From Mytilus californianus (Eukaryota), in contig NW_026262734.1 in NCBI RefSeq assembly GCF_021869535.1, positions 94,426,001 through 94,490,000 of the forward strand: a stretch of 64,000 nt of DNA, in the 5' to 3' direction. Below the pieces are notes generated by a model. It had not been told where the DNA came from, ran no database searches, and saw only the letters and a program-made list of their open reading frames with translations. The stretch's first letter is position 1, and each line of letters starts with the position of its first letter. A program made the position numbers and the translations under genes. Below are positions 14,101-27,900 of this stretch, one piece after another.

Positions 14101-17100
14101 TTTGGATAAATAAAATTGAATTTATTAATACAATTATCATATACTTATCTTCTTTTTTCAGAAGTCCTCAGAAAATGTAGATGAGAGTGGTATGTATGCA
14201 TTTAATTCATTGTATCAAACTTTTAATATGATGGAAACATACACTATATTTATATAATGCTGCAACTATTATTCTTTTTGAACTTGAAACTTGCAATCGT
14301 TTCTGGTAAAATGGCCACTTAGGCTCGATTGAACTAATCATTTTTTTTGTTTCTTGATTACCTTACACAAATATTTAAGTTGATATCATGTGGTCATCTT
14401 TGCCAGAAATGGGATTTGTTAACTTCTGTTGGCCTTAATATGCTAGAATGGGGTAACTTCTAGTCACCTTATTCATATATTGGATTTGGTTACCTCTGGT
14501 CATCTTATGGAAATATAGGATTTGGTGACCTCTGGTCACCTTATGTTAATATTGGATTTGGTTACCTCTGGTCACCTTATGTAGTTTTCAGATTTGGTTA
14601 TCTCTGGTAAATAACATTTGCATACAACTAGTTGATGTTTTTCATATCATTTGTAGAAAATTTGAGACAATCAAAGAAAGACAAAAAAGAAGAAGAACAG
14701 GTTTGATATACATTATGGATTCAACAAGAATATAGAATATTATTACATTAAGTTTAATGTACCGATAAAACTTTACACAATGATCATTATCTTTCATGAT
14801 CATCTACAAACAAATTTAAGAAAAATCATTGATCTTTCAAACATTGCCAAGAGCACGGACAGTTGATAATTAAATAAAATAAAACTGATCCTCATAAGAT
14901 ACTTTTGGATAAATAAAATTGAATTTACTAATACAATTATCATATACTTATCTTCTTTTTTCAGAAGTCCTCAGAAAATGTAGATGAGAGTGGTATGTAT
15001 GCATTTAATTCATTGTATCAAACTTTTAATATGATGGAAACATACACTATATTTATATAATGCTGCAACTATTATTCTTTTTGAACTTGAAACTTGCAAT
15101 CGTTTTCTGGTAAAATGGCCACTTAGGCTCGATTGAACTAATCATTTTTTTTGTTTCTTGATTACCTTACACAAATATTTAAGTTGATATCATGTGGTCA
15201 TCTTAGCCAGAAATGGGATTTGTTAACTTCTGTTGGCCTTAATATGCTAGAATGGGGTAACTTCTAGTCACCTTACTCATATATTGGATTTGGTTACCTC
15301 TGGTCATCTTATGGAAATATAGGATTTGGTGACCTCTGGTCACCTTATGTTAATATTGGATTTGGTTACCTCTGGTCACCTTATGTAGTTTTCAGATTTG
15401 GTTATCTCTGGTAAATAACATTTGCATACAACTAGTTGATGTTTTTCATATCATTTGTAGAAAATTTGAGACAATCAAAGAAAGACAAAAAAGAAGAAGA
15501 ACAGGTTTGATATACATTATGGATTCAACAAGAATATAGAATATTATTACATTAAGTTTAATGTACCGATAAAACTTTACACAATGATCATTATCTTTCA
15601 TGATCATCTACAAACAAATTAAAGAAAAATCATTGATCTTTCAAACATTGCGAAGAGCACGGACAGTTGATAATTAAATAAAATAAAACTGATCCTCATA
15701 AGATACTTTTGGATAAATAAAATTGAATTTACTAAAACAATTATCATATAATTATCTTCTTTTTTCAGAAGTCCTCAGAAAATGTAGATGAGAGTGGTAT
15801 GTATGCATTTAATTCATTGTATCAAACTTTTAATATGATGGAAACATACACTATATTTATATAATGCTGCAACTATTATTCTTTTTGAACTTGAAACTAT
15901 CAATCGTTTCTGGTAAAATGGCCACTTAGGCTCGATTGAACTAATCATTTTTTTTTTGTTTCTTGATTACCTTACACAAATATTTAAGTTGATATCATGT
16001 GGTCATCTTAGCCAGAAATGGGATTTGTTAACTTCTGTTGGCCTTAATATGCTAGAATGGGGTAACTTCTAGTCACCTTATTCATATATTGGATTTGGTT
16101 ACCTCTGGTCATCTTATGGAAATATAGGATTTGGTGACCTCTGGTCACCTTATGTTAATATTGGATTTGGTTACCTCTGGTCACCTTATGCAGTTTTCAG
16201 ATTTGGTTATCTCTGGTAAATAACATTTGCATACAACTAGTTGATGTTTTTCATATCATTTGTAGAAAATTTGAGACAATCAAAGAAAGACAAAAAAGAA
16301 GAAGAACAGGTTTGATATACATTATGGATTCAACAAGAATATATAATATTATTACATTAAGTTTAATGTACCGATAAAACTTTACACAATGATCATTATC
16401 TTTCATGATCATCTACAAACAAATTTAAGAAAAATCATTGATCTTTCAAACATTGCCAAGAGCACGGACAGTTGATAATTCAATAAAATAAAACTGATCC
16501 TCATAAGATACTTTTGGATAAATAAAATTGAATTTACTAATACAATTATCATATACTTATCTTCTTTTTTCAGAAGTCCTCAGAAAATGTAGATGAGAGT
16601 GGTATGTATGCATTTAATTCATTGTATCAAACTTTTAATATGATGGAAACATACACTATATTTATATAATGCTGCAACTATTATTCTTTTTGAACTTGAA
16701 ACTTGCAATCGTTTCTGGTAAAATGGCCACTTAGGCTCGATTGAACTAATCATTTTTTTTGTTTCTTGATTACCTTACACAAATATTTAAGTTGATTACA
16801 TGTGGTCATCTTAACCAGTTCGGATTTGTTAACCTCTGTTTGCCTTAATATGCTAGAATGGAGTAACTTCTAGTCACCTTATTCATATATTGGATTTGGT
16901 GACCTCAGTTCATCTTATGTAAATACTGGATTTGGTGACTTCTGGTCACCTAATGTTAATATTAGATTTGGTGACCTCTGGTCACCTTATGTAAATATAG
17001 GATTTGGTGACCTCTGGTCACCCTATGTAAATATTGGATTTTGTTACCTTTGGTCATCAAAACATAAGTCATGTTATGTTTTTTATCATTTGTAGGAAAC

Positions 17101-20100
17101 GTAAGACAATCGAAGAGAGGAAAAAAAGAACAAGAAAAGGTTAATATGCATTACTGGTTCAGCAAGGCTATAGAATTGTATTGCATATTACATTTAAAAT
17201 ATTAATAGCACTCAACAGAATGATCATTGTCTATCCTGATCTTTTAAAGAACAAATCTTTGAAAATCATTGACCTTGCAAACATTGCCAAGAGCATTGAC
17301 AGTTGAAAATTTTGTCAATTTTTACTTATCCTCATAAGATAATTATGGATAAATAAAATTGAATTTACTAATACAAATATCAGATGTTTATCTTCTTTTT
17401 TTTAGAAGTCCTCAGAAAATGTAGATGAAAGTGGTATGTATGCATTTAATTTATTGTATCAAACCTTTAATATGATGAAAACATACACTATGTTTATATA
17501 ATGCTGCAACTATTATTCTTTTTGAACTTAAAACTTGTTATCGATAGCTGTAAAATGGCTTCTTCGGTTTGATTGAAATTAATTATTTTTGGTATATTTA
17601 ATTGGCTGCATATGGTCAACTTTCCCAGATATGGTATTTGAGTACCCTAAGCAACCTTAAAATGATATAGAATTGTGTTAACACTGATCACCTGAAGCAG
17701 ATACTGTATTTAGTTATCTTTGGTCACTTTCTGTTGTTATTGGAATTCTCTTGACAGTTGACACCTTTTGCAGATTTCGGATTTTGTTATTCACTGGTCA
17801 TTAAATTTTACAAAAATTGGTCATATGTAGTCTTAGATGTATGATCGTTTGAATTATTTTACATTTCTTATTTCCGGGCCTTTAATAACTGACTATGCGG
17901 TATGGACGTTGCTCATTGTTGAAGGCCGTACAGTGACTTATACTTGTTAATTTCTGTGTCATTTGGTTTGTTGTGAACAGTTGTCTCATTGGCAATAATA
18001 CCACAATTTCTTTTTTAAATGTTGAGTTTTTTTTATCATTTGTAGAAAATGTGAGAAATTTGAAGAGGGTGAAAAAAGAAGAACAGGTTTGTATATATCA
18101 TTGGTTCAAAATATAGAATACTATAACATTATATTTACTATCTAAGTAACACTGAACAGAAATAATGTACATTATCTTCCATGATCATTTAGAAATAAAT
18201 CTTAAAAATAATTGAATTTGCTTGCGTTGTCAAGAGCCGATAATGAAGTCAATTTATACGTATCTTCATTAGATCCTTTGGATAAATCAGTTGATTTCCT
18301 ATACGATTATTTAATATTTAACTTCTTTTTTCAGAAGTCAACAGAAAATGAAGATGAAAGTGGTTTGTATTTATTTTATCATTTTTTTAGTATGATGGAT
18401 AGGTTCATTACGTCTATATGATACTGAAACTAAATTTCTATTTAAACTTACAACTTGATATCGATAGCTTTAAAATCGCTACTTAGGTTTGATTGAAAAA
18501 TTTCTTTTTCTCTTTGGATTAACTTAGAAAAATATTTAATTAGCTATAAGTGATCAATTTTATCATATATGGTATCAGATTATCTCTAGTGATCTTAACA
18601 TGATATGGAATCGGATTACCATTGGTCATCTAATGCAGATACTAGATTTAGTAACCTCTTGTCACCTTATGCAGATATTGGATTTGGGGACCTCTGGTCA
18701 CCTTATGCAGATATTGGATTTTAGGACCTCTGGTCACTTTATGCAAATATTGGATTTGGGGACCTCTGGTCACCTTATGAAGATATTGGATTTGGATAAA
18801 TCTGGTCACCTCATGCAGATATTGGATTTTGGGACCTCTGTTCACCTTATGCAGATATTGGATTAGAGTTCCTGGTCACCTTATGCAGATATTGGATTTG
18901 AGGACCTCTGGTCTTCTTATGCAGATTTCCGATTTGGGGACCTCTGGTGACTCTATGAAGAAATTTGATTTGTTATATATCTGTTCACCTTATGCAGATA
19001 TATGATTTGGGGACCTTTGGTCACCTTATGCAGATATTGGATTTGGGAACCTCTGGTCACCTTATGCAGATATTGGATTTGAGGACCTCTGGTCACCTTA
19101 TGCAGATTTCAGATTTAATTAACTCTGGTCATCAAAACATAAGTCATGTTATTTTTTGTTATTATTTGTAGGAAATGTAAGACAATCGAAGAGAAGGAAA
19201 AAAGAACAAGAACAGGTTTGATATGCATTACTGGTTCAGCAAGACTAGAATTGTATTGCATATTACATTTAAAATATTAATGATCTCAACAGAATGAACA
19301 TTGTCGATCCTGATCTTTTAAAAAACAAATCTTAGAAAATGCTTGAACTTGCAAACGTTGACAAGAGCATTTAAAGTTGATTATTAAGTCAATGTATACT
19401 TACCCTCATTATATTATTTTGGATAAATCAATTGATTTCCTAATGTAATCATTATATATTTTATCTTCTTTTTCAGTCACTAGAAAATGTAGATAAAAGA
19501 GGTATGTTTGCATTAAATTTGTTAAATATAATTCTTATTTATGATGGATAAGCGCCTTGTGTCTATATAATACTGCAACTATTATTCTATTGAAACTTTA
19601 AACTTGTTACGAATTTTGTGAAATGGCATTTAAGGTTTAATTAAAAAAAACATTTTTCTTTTGGGATAACCTTATAAAAATTTAAATTGGCTACATGTTG
19701 TCAACTTTACAAGATATGGTATATGGTAACCTCTGGTCATCTGAACAACATATAGAATTTGGTTACCTCTGGTCACCTTACGACGATATTGAATGTGTTT
19801 ACTTACCTCTGGTCACCTTACGACGATATTGGATTTGTTTACCTCCGTTCATTTCATGCATATATTGGAAATCTCTGGCCACCCTATGTATTATTCGAAT
19901 TTGGTTATTTCTTGTCATCAATATTTACCTACAACTGGTCATGTTGTGTTTTTTTTATCATTTTAGAACATGCTAGAAAATCAAAGAGAGGGAAAAAAGA
20001 AGAAAAACAGGTTTGATATACATCATGGGTTCAACAAGAATATAGAAAAGTATTATATATTACTTTTAATATTTTATTACAATTAACAGAATGAACTTTG

Positions 20101-23100
20101 TCTACCATGATCATCTATAAAACAAACGTTAGAGAATGATTTAATTTGCAAACGTTGCCAAGAGCATGTTCAGTTGATAATTGATACTTATCCTCTGTAG
20201 ATATTTTTGATAAATCAATTGATTTCCTTATACGATTATTGTATTTGTTATCTTTTTTTTCAGAAGTCACTAGAAAATGTAGATGAAAGAGGTATGTACG
20301 CATTTAATTTGTGATATATAATCATTATATATGATGCATAAGTACATGAAGTTTTTATAATACTGAAATTATCATTCTATTCTAACACAAAACTGGTTAT
20401 CATTTTTTGTTAAAACGGCTACTTAGGTTTGATTGAAAAGTAAATTCAATATTCTTTTAGAATTTCCTTACAAAATTCTTAATTTTGGATACATGTGGTC
20501 ATCTTCCCAAGATATGGTATCTGGTAATTACTGGTCACTTTTAAAAGATATAATAGGGTTTTGTTACTGTTGGTCACCTGATTTAAATATAAGTTTTGGT
20601 TACCTAAGTTTATGCAGATATTGTAATTATCTGGTCATCTTCTGCATATTTCGGATTTGGCTTCCTCTGGTCACCTTATGCAGATAATTGATTTGGTTAC
20701 ATCTGGTCATCTTATTCATACATGGGATTTGGTTACCTCTGGTCACCTTCTGTAGATTTCAGATTTTGTCACCTCTGATCACCTTATGTTGATATGAAAT
20801 ATGGTAACCTCTTGACACACTTACGCAAATAAAATTTGTTTTATTTAGTCTTTTATAACAGAAAATGAAACAATTAATGTTAATATAAATTGCAAAAAAA
20901 TATCAACATTTACATTTGAATGGTTCATGGTTTTATTTCTTTTCATTAGTAGATAATGTTAGACAACCGAAGATCCAGAAAAAAGATGAAGATCAGGTTA
21001 GATATACATTCTTGGTTCAGGGAGAATATGTTATATTGTTATATTAATTTCAATATATTAATAACCATTAAAAAATGTACATTGTCTTTCAGAGTCGTCT
21101 AAAAAACAAATCTTAGAAAACAATTAAAATTTCTTACTTTGTCAAGAGGATTTTTACAATTGATTATGTAGACAATTTATACTTATCATTATTAGATAAT
21201 TTTTGATAAATCAATTGATTTCCTAATACAATCATTATAATTTTTATCTTCTATTTTTAGAAGTCAACAGAAAATGTAGATGAGAGTGGTATGTATGCAT
21301 TTAATCATGATGGATAAGTTCATTAAGTTTTATGATACTGAAACTATCATTCTTTTTGAACTTAAAACTTGTTATTGATATTTGTAAAAATGCTACTTAG
21401 GTTTGATTGAAAAGTAATTTCATTTTCCTGTTGAGATTACTTTACAAAAATATTGAATTGGTTACATGTGGTCAACTTAACAAGATATTGCCAATTTCAT
21501 CAAAATTGAATGGGCAAGATGTGGCGCCATAGTTAAATTTATGAACATTGAAAAAGGTGACAAAAAAGTAGGGAAATTGACCAAAATGAATTATTTTCCT
21601 ATTTTAGAATGATATATTTTTAAATATGAAGCATATAATAGTTTTTGTTATACTTTATATAAAGAAAACAATTGAAGTTTTTAATATACTTCTTCACAGG
21701 GCAGGCTTTGGAGTTGACTGGCTCAACCCCCAACCTAATTTTATTTAGGAGATATTGGGGTAGAAAAATGTCATTTTGTTTCTAAAAATGGTATCATAAT
21801 GATCAAGACATTGATATTATGTAGTTATTTTGTACACAAAATCAATGCAACCACCAGGAATTAATTACCGAAGATAACTAGGATTACATTTTATGATTAA
21901 AGTAATTGTGTTTTGATTGGTTTCTTATCAATTATCCTGAATAATACTCTTATCTCAACAGGTACAAGTGAGACGACGGATTGGAATGAGATTACTTCTT
22001 TTGAGGAGTTTAGGATTGCAAGTATGTACATTATATTTTTTTGATCATTTGCATACCATGATCACCAACAATCTATATTTCACCTCAACAATCATTATAT
22101 TTAGCACTTCATGGATTTGGATATGAATCATTACTTGTTTTATTATTGTCTTTCCAATTACTTTTTATGAATAACAAAGCTAAATGTCCTGTGTGATGAC
22201 TGTACCTTCACATTTTCAGGAATGGCTTTTATCTGTTTAGTAACAACCTATACATATACTAGTTTGATATTTACTTGGTAATTTTATACATTTAGAAGCT
22301 CCCTGTATCATTTATTTTTACATTGTGCCTTAAATAATTCAAGTCATTGATTTCTTTTAATAGGCTAACAAAAACACAATTTTAAGTTTCTCATTAATCT
22401 TATCATAAGGGTTCATGATTATTTTCCAATTTATTTTAAAAAGACATTAGACCTGTGAGAAGTAGACTACAGTCAATGAAAACAAACAAAACGGAGAAAA
22501 GAATGATTTATATGGTGAAGGGAGATGAAATCACGGCCAGAGTCCAGGGACCAGACAGAATGTCAGTTCACCAGATAGGTGATTACTTGACAATAGGGAA
22601 ATCAAATACTACTCAACAAAATCGAAAGGAACTTTCAAGACTAGTCAATTTGATTCCAAAACCAACAAACATAGTGCCACCGATCACATCAGCCTGGTCC
22701 ATGTTAACAAACGGTAAGACTTTAGTGAATACACTTGATTCTCAAAGAAAACAGTTTATGCTGGTTAAAACACATAAATTGATGATCTCGTGTTTTTTTA
22801 AGCATTGATTGATTAGAAGGTAAGGAATGGTGAATGGGTCGAAAGGAACAATCAAACTGAAATTTGGAGAACAAACTGACAAAGCTGAGCAAAAAAATTT
22901 AAAAAAATGATGGAAAGTCAAAAATGCAATCATTATAATTCAATATAGAAAAAATAAAACTGAGCAACATAAACCCCATAAAAAACTAGGGTGGTCTCAG
23001 GTTATCTATATTGGTTAGCAGATCCAGCTTATTATGTGGTGCCCATAATATTGTTCATGCTTGAGTTTATGATCCCTTGGTATATAACTGTATCTTTTGA

Positions 23101-24644
23101 AATCATATGTCTACTGTGAATCATATACATGTCGCTTTGCCAATCTGTAAGACATTTTTTTAAGTTGTAAGAACTTTCATAACGGTGCTTAATATGTCTT
23201 ATTACATATATTTATCAGCTTAACTGCAAGAAAAGATCACAACTGTATTTCACTTCATTTTCAGGTGATGTTGACTATCAAGTTCAATCTTTAAACACTT
23301 TGACCGAGGCTCTTGTTGACAAAGAAGCAACCAAAAAGGCTGTATGCAAAAAAATGAAAGGGACATCTGCCCAAAAAAAGGGTGACATTGAAAAAACTAA
23401 TTAAGTGTTTGAGGAGAATTCAATTGTTCAGATTTTATGAACATTGGATTTATAATGGCTACAAAGGCAATCGTCTTCTTGACATCTTTATTACATACTA
23501 AGAGTATGGAATAAAATACACAATAGAAAATGCAAACATCTAGATAAACATGAAATATATAAAACATACATTTTCCAAATACCATGATCATTATGTATTT
23601 ATCTTCTCAACAATCAATTATAAACTGAGTTCTCATCTATTCAATTGATTGCTTATCTGTTTCAATAATTATTCTAGACTAAATTTGTGACAAAATTCAG
23701 ATCATAAATTCATAATCAAGTCTATAATGCAATCTATCTTTTTACACTCGAGGTCTATATATAGAAAATGAACAATTGTGTTAAAAGCGAATGGAAATGT
23801 GTAGTTATCATTTTAATATACAGTCAAACACAAACATACTACCAGCTGTTTAAAAACAGATTTCGTTTTAATATAACTTTATGGACACAGGGATTATGTC
23901 AAAGAAACAACAACCCGACCAAAACGTAAAAAACAACTCAAGGTTTCACATTTCTCTGTGTACTAAATAATAAACTTTTCAAAGCAAAATGACATGGAAT
24001 CAATCATTTTAAAATTAATAGCATCGTTAGAATACTAACTATAAAATCATATACAATCTACTTCTTACTGGTCATAAACTTGAAACAATCCACACTACAT
24101 GTTTATCAGAAAGCTAGGTAGAACAATTGACTTATAATTATTGATGTACAAATTACTATTTAATTTGGCCTTACAATTCGACTTGGTCCTTTGTTTTATT
24201 ATTGATATGTATAACATTGCTATTCTCATTTATTTTCCAACGGTTTAACATGCTCTATTTTGTTGTAGCTAGGAAACATTTGAAATTATTGAATACAATT
24301 TTTGTTAGTAATGACATAAATTAAGCATTATAGTATTAACATATTAAAACATTTAAAAAAAAATATTTAAGTCAATAAAATAAAATGCATTCTTGTAAAT
24401 TAAGTCTTTTATTTGCTTAGATTAAGTGATTCTTATTAAAACTAGAATAATTAAGATGGTGTCATTATATAAAATTGTGTAGGTAAAGAAATGTCCTATA
24501 ATAGTAAAATTGCTGTCTTAACTTATATTTGCAGAGAAATTGTTGGCCATGTTATAGCCGAACTAAATAAAACTAATGTAAACAAGGCAATGCATGGGAA
24601 AGTTTTTGAGGCCTTTTGGAAGACAATACAGACAATGCTGCCAG
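2184..24644 (+). CDS. Ulp1/SENP-like (peptidase C48) protease with PHD finger, 15 x 24-aa charged repeats and an uncharacterised C-terminal domain; multi-exon, 3' end uncertain
   Basis: Exons (plus): 2184-2199, 2251-2378, 3082-3135, 4070-4144, 4456-4524, 4955-5040, 5588-5690, 6214-6310, 7036-7091, 7334-7418, then 15 pairs of micro-exons (8314-21288), 21962-22021, 22444-22713, and 23265-23404 (stop TAA; ~770 aa in total). Alternatively 23265-23381 splices on to 24537-24644. All are GT-AG with consistent phases. The first exon and start codon are less certain: the 51-nt first intron is also open in frame. Confidence 0.85.
2251..6310 (+). CDS. Ulp1/C48 catalytic domain exons
   Basis: DLMSLKIEEELNDQIINLY (the WLNDxIINFY-type motif); VTWFKK; IGCINDGKCHWVAV (His 4510-4512); TIMDP (Asp 4991-4993); PLQNDFSSCGVYCLKF (Gln 5652-5654, Cys 5670-5672). 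The His-Asp-Cys triad and oxyanion Gln are intact. Confidence 0.92.
7036..7418 (+). CDS. Compact PHD-type (C4HC3) zinc finger exons
   Basis: Exons 7036-7091 and 7334-7418 give CFLCAKEPTNMRACSCCKRNFHKKCMTPGLCSLC, i.e. C-x2-C...C-x2-C-x4-H-x2-C...C-x2-C. Confidence 0.75.
8314..21288 (+). CDS. Array of 15 micro-exon pairs (44 nt + 28 nt) each encoding a 24-aa unit, consensus ENLRQSKKDKKEEEQKSSENVDES
   Basis: A exons start at 8314, 9837, 10642, 11445, 12248, 13051, 13854, 14657, 15461, 16266, 17096, 18046 (41 nt), 19172, 19967, 20953. B exons start at 8612, 10145, 10950, 11753, 12556, 13359, 14162, 14965, 15769, 16574, 17406, 18335, 19477 (25 nt), 20264, 21261. Each has a pyrimidine tract plus AG and a GT donor. 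The two length variants both differ by 3 nt, and no stop codons occur. Confidence 0.85.
8690..9790 (+). repeat. 36-bp minisatellite arrays within a Ulp1-gene intron
   Basis: Units such as atattggatttggttacctctggtcaccttatg. These produce the spurious LVTSGHLMxILD ORF at 9423-9794. Confidence 0.9.
9800..17060 (+). repeat. Tandem array of ~803-bp units (about nine copies; central copies near-identical), each holding two micro-exons and 3-4 minisatellite units
   Basis: A-exon start spacing is 805, 803, 803, 803, 803, 803, 804, 805, 830 bp. More diverged copies flank the array at 8.3-9.8 kb and 17.1-21.4 kb. Confidence 0.95.
17870..18015 (+). mobile_element. Fragment of an abundant short interspersed repeat (ends gttgtctcattggcaat(c)ataccaca); further copies at 31050-31160 (reverse) and 57560-57710
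   Basis: The same motif recurs at three or more positions in the window, in both orientations. Confidence 0.6.
18590..19135 (+). repeat. 36-bp minisatellite array (GGGACCTCTGGTCACC variant) within a Ulp1-gene intron
   Basis: About 14 units of gcagatattggatttggggacctctggtcaccttat. Confidence 0.9.
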
Positions 24645-24983
24645 GTAATGATTTATTAGACACATGACACGTATTATCTTAACTTAAAACATATTTGATC
24701 ATTTGCTTAAAAAATATAACCTACTTGAGACAACAAACAGACCTAGTCCAATGTAATAATTAGCCAATTTATCTGCTTGACAAAATCATCATTAGGAATA
24801 GGTATTTGTTATATTAAATTATATCCATTTGTTCACATCAGTATCTTTGCAAAACATTTCAAGAGCAAACTGTATATGTCCTACTTTTAAAGCATTTAAG
24901 CACCTATGTAACATATACAATTTTTGAACGAATATCTAGAAAAGGCAGTTTTTCAAAATCAGTATAATATTTCATTATTTTTT

Positions 24984-27900
24984 TCATTGAAATGGTTTAC
25001 GAATGGATCCTTTCTTTCTGTGCGTAGATTTGAAACTGCCATCATCATTAACTTTACGCCCCCGTTTTTTCAGAACACACTTTCGGCTTACTGAATAGTC
25101 ATGATCAGTTTTTGGACTTTTGGATTTTCTGCTTGGAAACAGCGGTTGCTGCTTTCGCTTTCTTGTTGTTTTGGAAAAGTTGGTTGTCTTACAAATATGT
25201 AATGCCGTTGTGAGTGCTTGACAAATAGCTTTCTTTTTTTTTCACGTCAATTGTCTGGAAATTTTTATTGTTTACATATAAATTGATTTCCTCAATTTTT
25301 CTTTTAATAGCCTGGTCGGTTGTTTCTTTGTCTTCAATTAATTGTTGTTTTGTTTCATCAATTGAGGTAGACTCTATGTCAGGTGATGGAACTACCAGTT
25401 TTGCTACCATCACACAAACACAATGTTTACCATGGCTATTGGCAAAACATGTACATTTGAAAGAGGTCAAATTAACAACTGATACATTTCCCAATCTTGA
25501 CAAAACCTCTACCTGGTTGTTATCTCTGTCATAAAAATATTGTTCTGCATTAAATACATCCATTGCTTCTGATCTGCGCTCTACAGTAAGGTCGATGTTC
25601 CTTTTAGAAGCAATCAATTCAGCTAAATGAACATGCTTACACATTCCTGAAAAATAGTAGAGAATGGAACATAAATAACTTGTACCTTTATGGTTCACTT
25701 TCAATTGTACAAACTTTAAACAAAACCACTAATGAACGTTGAGTAAAGATTTACTTAAATTGGATCGCATTGTTTTAGAAAATTTGATGAGGAAAATGAT
25801 TATTTGCACTTGTATAACCTGATGACGGTTGATAATGCCTTGTTGGAAGACAAAAACAATCAAAACCGAGGAGACTCATAAAACCATAAGACATTTACAA
25901 CAACAGTAAAAAACAATAATAAACAACACGAATTCCATTGAATACCTGAAGTGAAATTAGGTGCTTTAGAAGGATAAGCATTTCCGGGAACCATATACGG
26001 TACCCGAAATTAATAATCTTGATTTCAACAATTCATACTTGATGGTGTACTTTTAAACATTGTTGGACTGACTTAAGATGCTAAAAAAATACCTCTTGTT
26101 GTTGCTGCTGGACAATTGCACACTTCATTGACAATGTCCACATTATAAATCGTCCCAAATGCTGTCTGTGATGGAACAGTGCATTCTGTGGATGAAGTCC
26201 ATTGCACAGTTTGGTCGAGTCCTGCCTTGAGCATATTCTCTGCTGTCAATTTACTTTTGTCTCCCCTTTGTCCTCCCATATTTTTCAGGCGACCAATCTT
26301 TGCGAGTTCATCCAGATAGCTAAAATTACGATGTTTTTTTTAATTTATTTTTGGTTATGAAAACATAATTCAAAGATCTAATAATAAATTATTTCTTAAA
26401 AAATTGAATTCACAGTATTTAATATTCAATGTATTTGCATCTTAAATTAAAATGATCTTTCTAATTTCAGACGATTCAAGTGAACGATAAGAAGAACAGG
26501 ATTGTGACAAATTTAAACTTACTTACTCATAAAACATAGTTACATTTCCATGGAGAAGGAGTAGTAAGTCCTCTACTCTGCTATTGGCATACCCACCAAG
26601 GAAATGGTATTTCATGCCCAGGAAAAACCTGAAAATGACAAAATGTTAAGGACTTTGAATTTATGATTTATATTTGAATGTACAAATAGAAAGTACATAA
26701 AATATTAATGTGTTAACATTTGAATGTTATAAGTAGCATTATATTTTTTTGTTTTAATATCCTCATACACATCAGGTTTTGCTAGACTACATTTTTTCAT
26801 TTTGTCTGCTTTTATGTAATTATCGACTTGCATTGACAATTATGATATTTGTATTAAATTTGCATAACCCTATCATGAAAGAACGGCAAAAATCCTCTCC
26901 ATATAGTTAAAAATTGTAAAGTTTATATCATGCTATGTCTTTGGTTACCCATGAAGAAGTAGGATTTAGACAAAGTGTAATACTTTTTATAAATCAGGTC
27001 ATAAAAACAGAGACAGTTCAGAAAATTTATCCCCAAAATAAAATATACTTAGTTACTATTATCAAACAGATGATAATTAGATGATGCTTAAAATTTCGAT
27101 CTTGTAAAATATAAGGTGTATAGTAATAAAATGTATTAATAACCTTTCAACTAAGTTATTTGTATCTTGATCTTCATGAAAAAAATGTCTTCCATAGTTG
27201 GCCCATCGACATCCCCACTTGTCAGTACACCAGTTGTCTAACAAGTAGTCTGCTATTTGTTTGGAAGGCATCTTCTCTTGCAACATTTTAACTTTTTGAG
27301 AAAAGTCTTCTTTCTAATGAAAAATTATATTGACACATTTCTTTTGAGTATAAAATCAGATTTTATAGATTAAACACGCATGTACTCATAAGCATTGTAT
27401 ATTTATAGGTAAGATCTTTAAATCGCATTAAGCAACTATTTGTACTTTCTAAATTATTTTACTGCTTTAATTCAATAGAGATTCATTTCTATATGTTTCA
27501 GTGGTTTTTTTTTCATCTTTTATCAACCAAAATTCATTGATTGTATTTTTTATTATTATTATTATTGCGTTTTAATTGACTCTATTTGAAAAATCTTGTT
27601 GATATGATTTTGATATTAAAACAATTACAATGTTGGAAAAGGAGAAAAAGATCCCACTGAAGTTTCATTTCTACAGGGATTTTTCTTATAATATAAACAT
27701 ATCAATAACCAATCGTGTTTCATTGTGAGGCAACACACTCGTGATTAATTTTTTAACAATGTTTCACATCCTCTGCATATAAAACTGTTATTATCAGAAG
27801 CAGGTCAAGTTATACTATGTAAATTAACATTCACCTAGTACATATTAAATATTCGAATACATTATTTGAATTTGTCAGGACCAACTCAAAATTATTGACC

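Noticed and set aside
22220-22277. Candidate exon between 22021 and 22444
   Set aside because: It ends in phase 2 and creates TGA on joining the next acceptor; skipping it keeps the frame.
25268-25534. Plus-strand 88-aa ORF
   Set aside because: Antisense shadow of the transposase's last exon.
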